The notes under the pieces are model-generated. The model was not told where the DNA came from. It was given only the letters and a program-made list of their open reading frames with translations, and made no database searches. A DNA stretch of 64,000 nucleotides from the human T2T-CHM13v2.0 reference genome, Homo sapiens, in NCBI RefSeq assembly GCF_009914755.1, contig NC_060925.1; one strand, written 5' to 3'. The translations under genes were made by a program, and so were the position numbers. This document shows positions 31,990 to 47,050 of this stretch, one piece after another. Each line of letters opens with the position of its first letter. The stretch's first letter is position 1.

Positions 31990-34207
31990 CTGTAGGAAGT
32001 AAAAATAGTTCTTTTAATTTAATTAAAAGCTTTATCCAAAACCCTATGTGTAAACCTCAGTTAAGAGTCACCTAAATTTTGGGGAAACACTCTTCCCTCA
32101 CATTTTAATTAGCCACTTTCTTACAGTAACATAGAGAAGAATGGAAGCTTGTGGTTGTGCCACTAGTTAGAAAACAAACATGAACTTGGCCCTGAGACCA
32201 TCCTGCTAACATCTAATTTCCTTTTGGAAAAGAAGACAAGGGAAAGAATTAGATAAACATTGGCATATACACTACTAACAGCTAATCACAATCTTTGTTT
32301 TCATTTCTACCAGCTAGTAACTGCACAGACCCATCTGAAAGCCCTTTGATAGATGTAATGTAAGTAGAAAAAAATCTTTTCCACATTTAAAAAAGTCTTT
32401 TGCTTTCTGACGAATGTTAACACATGCCATAATTTTGAATAAATACTTTAATTCTAAGTATTCATGCTTTTAACAGGGATTTGAGCATGGACTGTGTGTC
32501 AGACGCTGCGTCAGAGACTGGGATACCACAGGGACCTGACCAGATATAAACTCTGCTCTCTAGAAGCTTGACAGTCCAAGCATCACAAATATTTGATTCG
32601 GTATACTTTTTAATCACTCATGCTCAACTGAACTATTTGGTAAAAGGTAAAAAAGCAGAATCACTCTACATCCTCAAAGGAACTCAGTATACAACAGCAA
32701 CAGCAACAGCTGCTTCCTGCTTTACATGCTGAAAACAAATGGTTCAGCCAAAGTTTGTTTTTGCAAAAATAAACATAGTGCAACTGAGGAGTCTTTAATA
32801 GACTTATGCAGATTTCCTAAGTGATTATAGAAGTGTTTCTTATAAAGGATATCAAAGAGTTTGCTTGGAAATTATAGCAGAGTTAATATTAAATACATAT
32901 TTTTAAATGTTCTTGGAACCAGCATTGAAAGCCTTTTTCAGGTTTGAAATATCATTATTTATTTAATATTTCTACTTGTCTGTCACATTATGGAGAAAAA
33001 AACGAATGCCTGTTATTAAGAATGTGGCCTCCCTATAATCAATGGTGTTAGTCAACTTTCAGATTTCCTTTAAATTACGTTTCTAAGATTTTAAAAATTT
33101 TAACCCGTTTATTAATTCATTCACTCTGAGCTTCTGAAATGTTGTGATGAGATTTTTCATATTTTCAGTTGTCTTTACTTTTCAAATATGCTCTATAGAA
33201 TCTGATTTTTAAAAGGAAGAGGGTTGAGGAGAATTTTTAGACGCAAATCCTTTTTAATCAAGGAGTGCATTCGTGACTTCGTCTCAAGCCAGACCCCGCA
33301 TTACTTTTCCCTTGTCTTCACACAGTCCATAATTATTCCTCTCTATTTCTACTTGCTAGAATGTAAGGTTCTCTGATTCATCTTAGTACCAGGACCTAGC
33401 ATAATGTGAAGTACCCAGAAGACACTCCATAAATGTCTACTGAATAAATTTACTCAAGTGACTCTCCTACCACTCAGTCACCAGCCCATATTAAACTATC
33501 CACTCTCTGGGCAACGTAAGTCCTAACTCCTTCATAAAGTCTTTGTTGACTTCTCCTCAAATGCTTTTTGTTCTTGGAAAGATCTACACAATTAATGCTA
33601 TCTTTTATTAACCTCTAATTATATCATATATATTGGTCTTGTCTTTCTAAGTAAATTTTAAATTCTCTGTGTTTTCCTGCCATGGTTTATCCTCACTAAT
33701 CCCTATGGAACTTAACCCACAGCAGGCATTGAATAAATACATACTAATTTAAATAATGAGAATGCCAGATGATAAAACGATGAGAACTATGGTTTGAGGA
33801 TTTGAAATCATGACATCCTATACTTCACACTCTGTTCCTTCCTGCTTTTGTTAATGGAGCAAGGAAGATACATTGTTTAACCTTGTTTGTCTTTTCCCAG
33901 GAAAGCTAAGAAAAGGGGCAGCTCTTAGAAGGACAACTCAAGAGCCACATTTCTAGTTTGTCCTTCCTGCCTCTCCATACAATAGAATTTTTGTTCTTTA
34001 AACTTTCACGTGCACAACACATTAGTTCCAAACTAGATTTCAAAGCTTTGAGAGCAGGACCCACGTCTACACTTCCTTAGTATTCCAAAAGAAACTAACT
34101 CTACATGGGGCATAGGGTAAGCACTCAATAAATACCTGTACACTGATCTTCTATCTGCCTTTCCAAAGCTTCTGAAAAGATAAGTGCTGCTTCCTCTCCT
34201 TCCTATC

Positions 34208-34501
34208 TTTTTTTTTTGCTTTTGAGAAGGAGTCTCGCTCTGTGGTCCAGGCTGGAGTGCAGTGGTGCAATCTCAGCTCAATGCAAGCTCCGCCTCCTGG
34301 GTTCACACCATTCTCTTGTCTCAGCCTCCCGAGTAGCTGAGATTACAGGCACCTGCCACCACGCCCGGATTTTTTGTATTTTTAGTAGAGATGGGGTTTC
34401 ACCGTGTTAGTCAAGATGGTCTCGATCTTCTGACCTCGTGATCCACCCGCCTCAGCCTCCCAAAGTGCTGGGATTACAGGCGTGAGCCACCGCACCCGGC
34501 C
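34208..34501 (-). mobile_element. AluY-like
   Basis: gcaagctccgcctcc and accgtgttag diagnostic motifs. Confidence 0.93.
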
Positions 34502-35065
34502 TTTCCTGTCATTTTTAATGGATATATGGGGAGGTTATCAGGTAGCCTGCCTCTCAGATTCTTCCTTCCCTGTTCTGTTTTAGAACCTTTCAGTACTGTT
34601 ATAAAACATATATTCTAGTATCTGAGCTCCAATGAATCCCCATTTTTCATCCCTCAGATACATCTACTTCTTTAGCAAAAGTCCTTTTAAAAATTATCCT
34701 TCGCCCGTCATCTACTTTGACCTTCTACCCACAGCTGGCCTTAACTGGATCTAACTTTGGGATAACAAGATGGATATATCTGATGGCATAGTCCACACCA
34801 ACTCACAAGTCTTACAGTGTCCTTGTTAGTAAGGACTATAAAAAAAGTAAGACCAGTCTCTTTTTACAAGGAAAATTCAAAGACAAAATTATAAAGATAA
34901 TTAATGATGAATGAAGCACTAAATCACACTGGCAATAAACTAAAATAAGAAAACATCATACTAGCTGATTGCAAATATTGGCATAAGACCAAAGAAAATG
35001 TGTTAGAGAAGCGTTTATGGCCTAATCTAGATCTATAATTAATTAGATGCCAAGAATAAAAGGGG

Positions 35066-35476
<411 letters not shown>

Positions 35477-35709
35477 TTAACTTCCATAAATATTTATTTA
35501 GTGCCTACACTGTGCTAGACTTCTAGACATTAGGAAGAGAATAATGAGCAAGATAAAGTCTCTGCTCTTATGAAGCAGTGAAGAAATCAAGTTAATAAGG
35601 TAATTCATATGGCTGGTAAGACTATGAAGAAAGTAGTGTAAGGTTATAACACATCACTGAAGGGATTCAGGGTGCAGCACATGAGATTAAATAAAATTTC
35701 ACTCAAGAT

Positions 35710-35925
35710 CAGGAGCCAGCAAACTTCTGAAAGGGGGCAGGCAGCAAATATTTTAGGTTTTGAGGACCATATGGTCTCTGTCACAGCTACTCATCACTGC
35801 TGTTGTGGCATGAAAGTAGCCATAGATAATATATAAATGAAGGTGCACGGCCATGTTCCAATAAAGCCTTATTTACAAAACATTAGGCCAGATGTGATCC
35901 ATGGGTACTTGTTTGCTAATCCCTG
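35710..35925. mobile_element. MER58A-like hAT-Charlie MITE
   Basis: TIRs cagg...cagcaaac / gtttgctaatccctg; internal tgttccaataaa motif. Confidence 0.8.
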
Positions 35926-36004
35926 CTGTAGATATTAATTTCTATCCTAAGAAATGCCAATCATTAGTAAAAATGTATTATAATCTTTTCTATTAAGACA
36001 TACA

Positions 36005-36309
36005 GCCAGGCACCGTGGTTCACTCATCTAAGCCCAGCACTTTGGGGGGCCAAGGTAGGTGGATCGCTGGAGCCCAGAAATTCGAGACCAGCCTGGGCAA
36101 CATGGCGAAACTCCATCTTTACAAAACATACAAAAATTGGCTAGGTGTGGTGGCGTATGCCTGTGGTTCCAGCTACCTAGAAGGCTGAGGTGGGAGGATC
36201 ACTTGGGCATGGGAGGTTGAGACTGCAGTATGCTGAGATTGTGACACTGCACTCCAGCCTGGGAGACAGAGCGAGACCTTGTCTCTTAAACAAACAAACA
36301 AACAAAAAA
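36005..36309 (+). mobile_element. AluJ
   Basis: Diverged dimer with (AAAC)n tail. Confidence 0.92.
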
Positions 36310-36394
36310 TTTATTTTGTTGCTTAAAATTAAATATTGTTAAATAATAGAGATTGGCTATATTATGCAAATAGCTTAAAAATTTTTGGCAAATT

Positions 36395-36698
<304 letters not shown>

Positions 36699-36994
36699 GG
36701 CCGAGTGCAGTGGCTCACGCTTGTAATCCCAGCACTTTAGGAGGCCGAGGCGGGTGGATCATGAGGTCAGGAGATGGAGACCACCCTGGCTAACATGGTG
36801 AAACCCCATCTCTACTAAAAAAAATACAAAAAATTAGCCGGGCGTGGTGGCATGAACCTGTAGTCCTAACTACCCAGGGAGCCAAGGCAGGAGAATTGCC
36901 TGAATCCAGGAGGCAGAGGTTGCAGTGAGCCGAGACTGCACCACTGCACTCCAGCCTGGGCAACAGATTGAGACTCTGTCTTGAAAAAAAAAAA
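36699..36994 (+). mobile_element. AluS directly abutting the tail of the previous Alu
   Basis: Head-to-tail with no spacer. Confidence 0.93.
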
Positions 36995-38302
36995 GTGGCA
37001 AACAGAAATCTTGTCTTATATTCTGAATATCTGTATTTAATATACAGAGGCCAAAATCATGGGCTTATTCTCTGCCCTGATCTTGTGCTATGTGATAGAC
37101 ATTTTGGTGAGTGACTTCACACACAGTTTCAGTAACACAGTACAATTCAAAGTATGATCTCAGGACCAATGCCAGTATGTGAGCTTTGTGTTGCCAGTAA
37201 ATGATGAAGTAACTACAGGAGTAAGAATATGTACAAAATTTATAGTAACTTGACACTGACATAAAAGACCGAAAATTTAAAAATCAAACATATGTTTTAA
37301 ACAACCCAACCATGGTTCTTTACCACAAATAGTCTGAGAAGTACTGCTCTATATAACTCCATGAAGTAGGAGGAATTATTCCTATTTGATAAATATGAAG
37401 GCTAAGGAATGTTTACAGTACTCTCTAACTAGTAAGTAGTAGCACTGGGATTTTGTCTTCTGATTCCAAGTAGAAGTATCATTGCAAAGTCATCAAAAAT
37501 GTCAGTTAGCTGTGTTCTGTTTAGTCACAGATTAAGTCTTTGATACCAGTATTTCTTTCTACAACATATGCTACTAGAATAGGGGCTGATTAGCAAATGT
37601 GAATCGGTAAAATTTCAGTGCCTCTGCTAGAAAGAAAACACCATGGCTTTCTGAAACTCAGTACTATTATCTTGGAAAACAAAGACAGTGATCCCAGCTC
37701 TTTCCACACTAAAAAGGAAATAGGATTTGGGGAAGAAGGTACAGTGAAATGAGCTATTATTAAAAGGCTATCTGATTCTACCAGTTCTGCCAACAATTGA
37801 CTAGGTGACATTGGGGAAATAATTCAATATTCTGGGCCTCAACTTCATCTGTAAAACAGGCCTCAATAAGATGATCTCCAGAGTCTCTTTCAGATCTATC
37901 ATTGTGAATCTGATAGCATCAATACTGCAGTATTCAAAGAACCTCCCTAGGAAGATGCAGGATGGTCCTTGGTAAGGCTTGCTCAGTGCATGTCTATTGG
38001 ATTGCAGTAAATCCTTGATGGACAAATGAGTAAGATATGGAATACTGGAGAGGATCTACTAGGGCAGGGCATAAGAGGGAGCAGTGTAACTATGGTGTGT
38101 ATGCAGAAATAGCCATGTGGTACTTGAAGCAGAAGATGCGTGTCTCTCTAAGAGCATGGGAAAGAGTGTGGTCTGCATAGAATGGCTAGACTGTGTCTTT
38201 TCTTACCTCTAGCTAATTATCCACAGACCTTAACACAAAATCAAAATGAGAACAGTATGATAGTTCCATATTGTTACTTCAAGGAAATTCCAAAACCCTT
38301 AC

Positions 38303-38423
38303 CTAGTAAACATAATGTGTGCATGCCATTTTGTCTGTTCTTCTTCACTTTGTCAAAGAAGCTTTCTGGTCTCCAAGTGTCTGTCCAAAAAACAATAGAA
38401 ACTGTCTCTCCAAACTTATATAA
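38303..38423 (-). CDS. DPH5: DPH5 exon 5
   Basis: ttttctag|TTATAT...CTAG|gtaagg, 121 nt; [40 protein letters not shown](D). Confidence 0.97.
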
Positions 38424-41400
38424 CTAGAAAAAAAAACATTAATTAATGATGGAACAATTAACTACTATTTCATAGATAAGGAGAGAATTTAATCATTTTA
38501 CAACCAAAATAAAAAGTGAATATCCAACTCGAAATGGGTTGGGGATCAAATCTGTCACCAAAAAAGGTAACAGGAACTTCTCTTTGGTTCATGGTAGCTG
38601 GTGTCTTTCTGATGCTAGTAGTAAGTAAGTTTCAGTAATAAGTTTCTAGTATTTCTGCATTCTGTATAGGAACATGTGTAACAATTTCATAATTTAGCTA
38701 TATAGTTGCTAAAAATACTGAAATGCAAAGAACCCAGGAGAAAAAAAAAAGAGTTCTGAGCAATCAGAGCGGGGTTCACAAGGTTAATATTGTTCTCATT
38801 TTACAGATGAGACCATCAAGGCTTAGAAAGAGCAACTGACTTAGCTAGTCACATAGCTAACTAATATAAAAATAAACACTTAAATCTAGCCTGAGGGAAT
38901 GCTCCCTTCCATCACACTATCTCAAGAAAACAAAGCATATGCTCACTCCTGTCATTGTTCCAAACCTATAGTCCCTTAATTTGGCAAGATTGTATTTGTT
39001 CCCTCACTATAGAGTTCAGGGATGAGGGCCTTTTTCCAAACCTTCTCTTTAACCCACAAGTGGCCCACCCAGGTTCACCATCACTACAACCAAGAAGCTG
39101 GCTTCTCTGATCCAGACTGGCTGAACTAGCTCACTTAAGTGAGTCCAATTTCAAATCTTATGTGAGAAAATCTACTTTTGAATTCTGGCTCTGCAACTTG
39201 TTGGCTGTGTGATATTACTGTAAGATTTTATATCTAAAATAGGAATAGTGATAAAATTCTGTTTTTCCTACTCCTAGGGTTGTGAGGATCATATTACATG
39301 TAAAAAGTTATTCAAACTGTGAAACAATAGGTTAATATTAGTTCTTATCTCAGCACTGAGCAAAGGACATTTATTTTCAAAGACAATATAAAACAGAATA
39401 CTAAAGTTGTATAAAGATTTAATTATTCAATTTAAATAGTACTTGAAATAATTTATAATAGAACTGGTAAGCACTAGACTCACATCTAGTCCTCTGCCAC
39501 AAATTAACCGTGTGCCTGAAATAGCCATGTGACTTCAGGAAGTCACTTTTCTCAGCCTTGGGTTCTTCAATTAAAAATGCAGAACCTGGTCTGGAGCAAG
39601 GATTAGTCATCCTCTGCTTCCAGTAGCCTAAGGCTTTTCAAATCAGTTTCAGAGGCTCAGCAAGATATGAGGGGAAGACAAGCAGGAAGGAAACAGAGAA
39701 GGTGGGGCATTCAGGTGTTTCATCCCTAATTCCCTAGAGCAGCAGCTCAACGTTTCTCAGTTTTTACATAATGAGGTCCTATAAACTATAATCAACACTC
39801 ATAATGGTGACTTTGAGTTCTAAAGGGAAGGTTCATCATGTTCTTCATAGGCCACAGCCTACATCTTACCTACCAACAAGGTTTACTCCCAAAGTCCATT
39901 TGAAAGCTGCCTAAAAACATATTATCTCATAGAAGTTATGCTATTCAGTAGCAATCAAATTCACAGGTCAGTGTACAAAGACCCATGTAACTCCAAGTAT
40001 TGAGTCATGAAACTTCCTGCCACATGTGACAGGTTTCCCTGTGACAATGTATTTCTAGTTCCAATGTGGAATGCCAGGAATATGTTCACTCTGTGCCAAG
40101 CTACCAGGATCGGTCCTGGCCCTGCTGAGGGGTTTTGTTATTATTATTGGGTGATGAGAGGCAAACTTAGCCAACAAATACTTATTACAGATCATCTACT
40201 ATGTACCAGGTATTATGCTAGTCACAGGTTTAAAATGACAGGCAAAACACAGCTCTGGCTCTCATGGATTGTGCAGTCTTGCTCATGTCTCATACAGCAG
40301 AGAAAGGCTCTGCAGTCATGGCACTGGTTCTTACTATGATTAATCATGGACAAGTCAAGTAACATTCCCAATCCTTGGGAGGAACCCTTCTACAAAATGG
40401 GTATAATAACTGTAAACATAAAAATGTGGTTTTTAAGGGTTAAATGACACAAAGTATGCAGAGTGCCTAGTAGTGCCTTGCACATGGAAAAGTCTTAGTG
40501 TTAGGAATTTGATGATATAATAATGATAATGTTTTAATAATGAAGATGTTCTAAAATGCTGTGTCCTGCTTTAATCCAACTGCTTTCCTTATTGGAGTAA
40601 GCTCAAAAATATTACTAAATACTTGAAACTACATTTATGATTTCATTCTGACAAGTTCAACTGTTTACATTCTAAAAAGGATTTTTCACATCTCAGATCA
40701 AACTATGAAATATTAGTATTATTCCATAAAAAAGCTTCAAGGTAAAACTGTTAAAAAAATTATATATGCAATAATACATACTTTAAATGAGTCTTAAATA
40801 CTTTAAGAGTCATGGGAATACAGTCATGGAAGGAAATAAGTTCTTCATTCAAAAAGAAAGTGACAGACCACTTAAGAAAGAATTGAGATGCAAGTCACAT
40901 ATAAACACTAAAGCATTTTGTGTAGCAGTGTCTTTGAATTGTCTAATTTGAGAGATTAAAGAAAACCTCACACAAGCACTGCTCTCCAGGACCCTGATTT
41001 ATAAACTGTAACCACTCCTGTAGCTGTGGTGCAAACTTCTTCAGTGAATCCTGGAACATTATGCAAACAATTTCACCATATGTCAATACCTCAAAGAACA
41101 AAAGAACCAGTTCTTTGTGTTTCACAATCGAAGGGCTTACCAGTGAACTATACTAGAGCAAAGTCACACAGTGATGAGAACTGAGATTGCAGAAGCCTAA
41201 GTATTGAACCATCCTATAATATTCATATAAGCCTTTGTGCTGTGATCATTTTTCCTCCAAAACATTATTGCTGCAAATCTAAATTTAAAGACTAAAAAAA
41301 CAGCTGTTTTGTAAGAAACAGTAGGTAAACACAGGCCTTTTTAAATTTTAACCTGGAGTAACCTATAGAGAAAGCAGTTTACCTAACTTATATTGGATTA

Positions 41401-42661
41401 TGTTTTATCTAGGACAAAACCCAAAAAAACTCAAAACATCCACTCATTAGGCATAAGGCACAATCTAGTTAGAAGATGCTCAAGAAAGACAATAGTAGGT
41501 AGTAGTAATTATTATTAAATATGCTATAGACTCTAAGCATTATAAGGATTCAGCATTTCCCCCACTAAGAGGGCATCTGAAGGCATCTTCTGAAAATACA
41601 AGGCGTAAGCTAGACCTTGAAAGACAGTTAAGATTTAAGACTGGAGAAGCCGAACATGGGGAAAGAATGAGATACTATGAACAAAGTAACAGAGGCGGGA
41701 AGTCTTGGGCAATATTTAAAATGGCATTAAGCCATTACCCAGAAATAGCTAACTGTGCCTGACTTCTCTCTAAACATATATCTAATTCCTGACATCTTAT
41801 TTAGTGCCAATTCCTGTAAATTCTGCTGTATATTTTATGTAGCTGACTACTCATTTCTTTCCCTACAACCATGGTTTGAGCCCTCAATATCACTTGCCTG
41901 AATAACCTTAACAGTCTCCTAACTCATCTCATAGCCATCAATATTTCTTTCCTTTTAGAAGCATAGATGCTTTGTAAAACTCCATTTTAGATTTCAATGC
42001 TTTTGTTATTTTGTATAACAAATAAAAATATTTTCTGTGGTATTAAAGCTAAAAAAATCTGTTAAGAAAAATTAAACTTGCTAAGAACTCTATTAAGCCC
42101 TGCAAGTATCATGTATTTATATCCTAAATTAAATCAGTTAAATCTGTGAAGTGAAAGAAAGCCAAGCCAGCAAAACTGTCAAAAACTGTACCACAAAACC
42201 ACATAATCAAGAGTGACTAGTTTTCTCTTCTATACAGAATACTGTTCTTGGGGATGGGTTTTGTTTGTTGTTGTTTTTATCCCCACATACAATTTGCATG
42301 CCATTGATGTAACATTGATTTTTGATGACACTAAGGAAGAGTATGCACATGGCCACACACTAGGTACATAAAGTTGAATGACTACGTAGACAGAAGAGCT
42401 ACAAGATTTATTCTCACACATAAATGAGAGCCACTTGTAAATTAAATTTTAAAATGACAATTTACAGCATATAATTTCAAAGACAAGATCGAACTCCAGG
42501 GTGGAAGGCAGGGGGTTGGGGGAAAAAATAAATAAGAAATTCAACTCAGCAAGTACTTGTGACATATTCATTATATGCATGGCACTGTGATAGAATGCAA
42601 TGGCAGATAGGAAAATGAGTAAATCAAAGAGTTTATAATATGATAAAGTCATAAACATATA

Positions 42662-43083
42662 TAACATGGCTTGGCTGTGTCCCCAACCAAATCTCATCTT
42701 GAATTGTAGTTCCTATAATCCCCACATGTTGTGGGAGGGACCCGGTAGTGGGGGAGGTGAGGGGGGGAGCAGTTACCTCCATGCTGTTCTCGTGATAGTG
42801 AGTTCTCACAAGATCTGATGGTTTCATAAAGGGATTTCCCCCGTTTACTCTGCGCATCTCTTTGCTGCTGTCATGTGAAGAAGGATGTGTTTGCTTCCCC
42901 TACAGACATAATTGTAAGTGTTCTGAGGCCTCCCCAGCCATGCTGAACTGTGATTCAATTAAACTCCACAGTTTATTGACCTCAAAGTCAATTTGACCTC
43001 AAAATTGAGTCACAATTGACCTCAAAGTCAATTTCCCAGTCTTGGGTATGTCTTTATTAGAAGCATGAGAATGGACTAATACA
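42662..43083 (+). mobile_element. THE1-type ERVL-MaLR solo LTR
   Basis: atggcttggctgtgtcccc...aaatctcatcttgaattgtag start and gaatggactaataca end; near-TSD atata/acata. Confidence 0.9.
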
Positions 43084-44267
43084 ACATACAAGTAACTGAA
43101 CATTCTATATAGGATGGGGATTAATTTACCAAAATTGTTTTAATAGAAGAATGGCACAATTATATTTACGATTTAAAAAGAAAACTATGAAGTAGGAAAA
43201 AAATGATGGTAAGGTGGCTATTTAAAAAAATAATGATTAGAACCAGTAATAAGTGGAAACAGAAAGGAAGAAAAAAAATTAAATATGCTCATGACTTAGC
43301 AGGTAGTCAAAAACTGTTCCTAAGTGACTAAAAGAATAGAAAGAGCTTAGATTATTTTCTTCTAAGACCACGGAAGGATATAGAACTCTAGATGATAAAA
43401 TCTAGCTTAATACAAAGAACACTAAAACTAGGTGTTCTTTGTATTAAGCTAGGGTTTTTCATGACTACATTAGTCCCTGGACAACAATGAAACCAATTAA
43501 TGCTTCTGAAAAGTAACGATAAGAATCACTACAAGGTCGACAATGCTGACTATCACAATGAATGTTGTGGTATTAAAAAAAAGAGAGGAAATGAGTTGTT
43601 ACTTTCTGAAAGTAATATACATTTTTCCAAACTAGAAATGCATTATATAAACAGATGAACATATGGCAATACTCAAGGTCACTCATGCAATAGCAAGAGA
43701 AAGTGGAAACATTTCACAATGATAGGAAATTATACAACCTTTTCTCTGAAGTCAGCCACAACTGATAATGCAGTTTTTATCTGAAATCATTGCTACCTGG
43801 TTTCATGGAACTGTCTCATTTATCTGCCTTTTAAAATGTTTTAAAACCATTTCAGTCACCAAATTTCTACAAGAGAACTAATATATTCTATCACACAAAT
43901 GATTAAGAAAGATAATAAAATTCTATACAAAGAAGTATTTCAGAATTTGTAATTTTTTCTAATATTTGTTTGGCCTATAAGATCAAGTAAATATACACAT
44001 ACTAAGTGTTGAATAAAAAGACTGAAATGTGCCAAAATTGGTAACTGTGGATATCTCTAGGTGGTGGTACTATGGATGCTTTTTTATTTTCTTTTTATAC
44101 TCAATATATCTTCCTAATTTTCTGTGAGCATAGAAATCATTTATTATCAAGGAAAATGGTTCTTCTAAAGCAGGAACAATGCTAAATGGAAGCAATTCTG
44201 ATTCTGTATGTCTAAGCTAACTGCTTCTGCAGAAATGTTAAACTCAAGAATTCAAGAAAAGGACTTT

Positions 44268-44656
<389 letters not shown>

Positions 44657-45624
44657 TTATTAAGAGTGATCCTCAATTTATTAAGCAAATTTTCATTACC
44701 AGGACATCTAAACACAACCAACATGCCTGGCTTTAGACATACAAATAGGCTTTTCTTTCATTAGAAAAATCTGCAAAATGTTAAACAAATACAAGTGTTA
44801 GAAATATGTTAGGAATTTAAAAACATGATTTTAAAGTATATGTGTTTATAACTATTATTTTAATGTGAAAAATCCTAAAATTTATTGAATGAAAATTTGA
44901 GTACCTAAAGTATCTCAGTCAAGATAATCTTTGCTAAATGTTGGAAAAGAGGCTGGCTTTTTGGCTTCCAAATCTATATTAGACCTTATCTAGTTTAGTA
45001 ATTTTCATACATCTTACTGGCACTTAGTGTACATTTAGTTCTTTTTTTCTAAATGAACTACTCTTAAGTAAAACATCAATAGAGTTAAAGATAATGATTG
45101 GGCTCCCTGAGGATCTAAATCTCTGTTATTTAGTGTTATGTCATTACTTCATTGTCTGCAGAATCCCTAAAGCATCTTCATACATCATGGTGTGGTTTGA
45201 AAACCAACATTCTCATCCAGTCTCCCTCCCAATCCTCACCACATACCCTTACAGTAAAGTAATCTGAGATCCAGAGAAGATGACGCCTTAGTTACTGCCT
45301 AGGCAAGAAGTAAAACAAGGGCTTTTAAGTTGAAGTTCAATTCTAAATCTTTTCCATTATATTTTTCCTCTACCAATTCTACCCAATATGTAGTCTATTC
45401 TTATTCAACATAGATATATTCTAAGCCTCGTGTTAACTGACTCCCTAGACAGCCAAGGTTTCTTTGGTATTTATGTATGCACATATTTGTATGTGTGTGT
45501 GTGTTACTGCAATACCTTACAGATTCCCTAAAGTGCTTCCAAGACTCTCTCTTTTAACTACACTTCTCTCTCTGTTAGGAATGCCTTCTGCCCTCTTGCC
45601 TATCTAGCTAACTTCGTATAATTC

Positions 45625-45925
45625 ATTTTTTTAACCACTTTACTGCATTATCATCACATAACAATAACTCTTCCAAGCATATGATTCAATGCTTTTTAGT
45701 AAATTACCACGCTGTGCAACCACTGCCATACTTAGTTTTAGAACATTTTTCATCACCCAACTAAGACCCCTTATGTCCATTCACAGTCAATCCCTGTAAT
45801 GCCCAGCCCCAAACAACCATTAATTACTTTCTGTCTCTACAGATTTGCCTTTTGGGGACACTTCATGTAAACAGAATCAAATAATACATGATCTTCTATG
45901 TCTGGCTTCTTTCATTTAACATACA
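45625..45925 (-). mobile_element. L1MB/MC 3' end fragment
   Basis: ctttctgtctctacagatttgcctt...ggaca motif. Confidence 0.75.
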
Positions 45926-46369
45926 TGTATTTAATACCTACCCCATGACTTTAACTCTTCCCAAGACATTAGTAGAGACTTCAAGGCAACATCCATACCC
46001 TCAAGAGTCTAGGAGTAAGATAAACCTAATCATACTCTTCCACATAATCAATTCTATGATTAATCTATGGTCCTGAAAGCACAGAAAGACTGGCACAGGG
46101 CTCTTAGTGACAGGAGGCAACTGCTCTAGCAATAACAAGTTTAACAGAACCAATCAAAGTAGGAAGCCAATCGAGCAGTAGTAATAGAAGAATCCAGGCC
46201 TATAGACAAGTCTTTGGGGGTACAAACCATAATAACTGTGGTAGTGGAGATGGTGGAAAAGGACCCATTAGCATAAAGACCCCAATTCCTTTCCTAGGAC
46301 TATCAGTAAGGCAGAAATGGCTCTCTACATCTCCCCAAATCTCAATTCTCTTAATAGAAAATGCTCTTA

Positions 46370-47050
46370 CAAGTTCACTTTCTAAATCTTCTCTTATGCC
46401 CTACTCCATACAGTACAAGCCACCATCATCTTTCCTCTAAATGACTGTAATTTAGAGAATTTCCTCAATTCCAATCTTGCCTGGCAGTAATTCAATCTCC
46501 ACATATTGGCCAAAGCTTATGTTTTAAAAAATTTATCAGATCAAGTATTTATACTGCTTAAAACCCTTCAATGTCAATTTATGTCACTTAGGATAACATC
46601 TAAACTCCTAATGTTGAATGAGAGCCTAGTGATACAGCCCTATCCACCTATCCAACCTCAGGTCACTCTTTCCCTTGCCTGCTATGGTCCAACAAGCCCT
46701 TCCTTGGTTCCTTTAACAAGCCAAGCTCATTCTCACTTCAGGGCCTTTGCACTGTTTCCTCTGTATGGAATATGCTAGTTCCTTCTTGATTCATATCGAA
46801 TCTCAAATGTCACCTTCTTAGAGATACCTTCCCGACCTCAGTAGTGACTTAGTCACTCTCTAAATACCAGTCTACTTGAATTTCTTATGCTTACCATTAT
46901 CTAATATTTATCATTTTATTGATGTTGTCTCTTCTGCCCACTAAAATAGAATCTCTTTGAGAGCAAGGACCCTATTGGTCAAGTTTATCACTGTATCCAA
47001 AGGCACTTAGAAAAATAAGTAGGTTAACAGTATTTGTTGAATGAATGGAT
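46370..47050 (+). mobile_element. L2 3' portion
   Basis: cagggcctttgcactg motif and terminal tatttgttgaatgaatg. Confidence 0.8.

Noticed and set aside
39757-39839. Minus-strand ATGATGA...CTGA resembling a C/D snoRNA in a TOP-like host gene
   Set aside because: No terminal stem, no clear C'/D' boxes and far from the acceptor.
41141-41180. 40-nt minus-strand pseudo-exon (ctcag|...CTG|gtaagc)
   Set aside because: Weak pyrimidine tract; consistent with chance.
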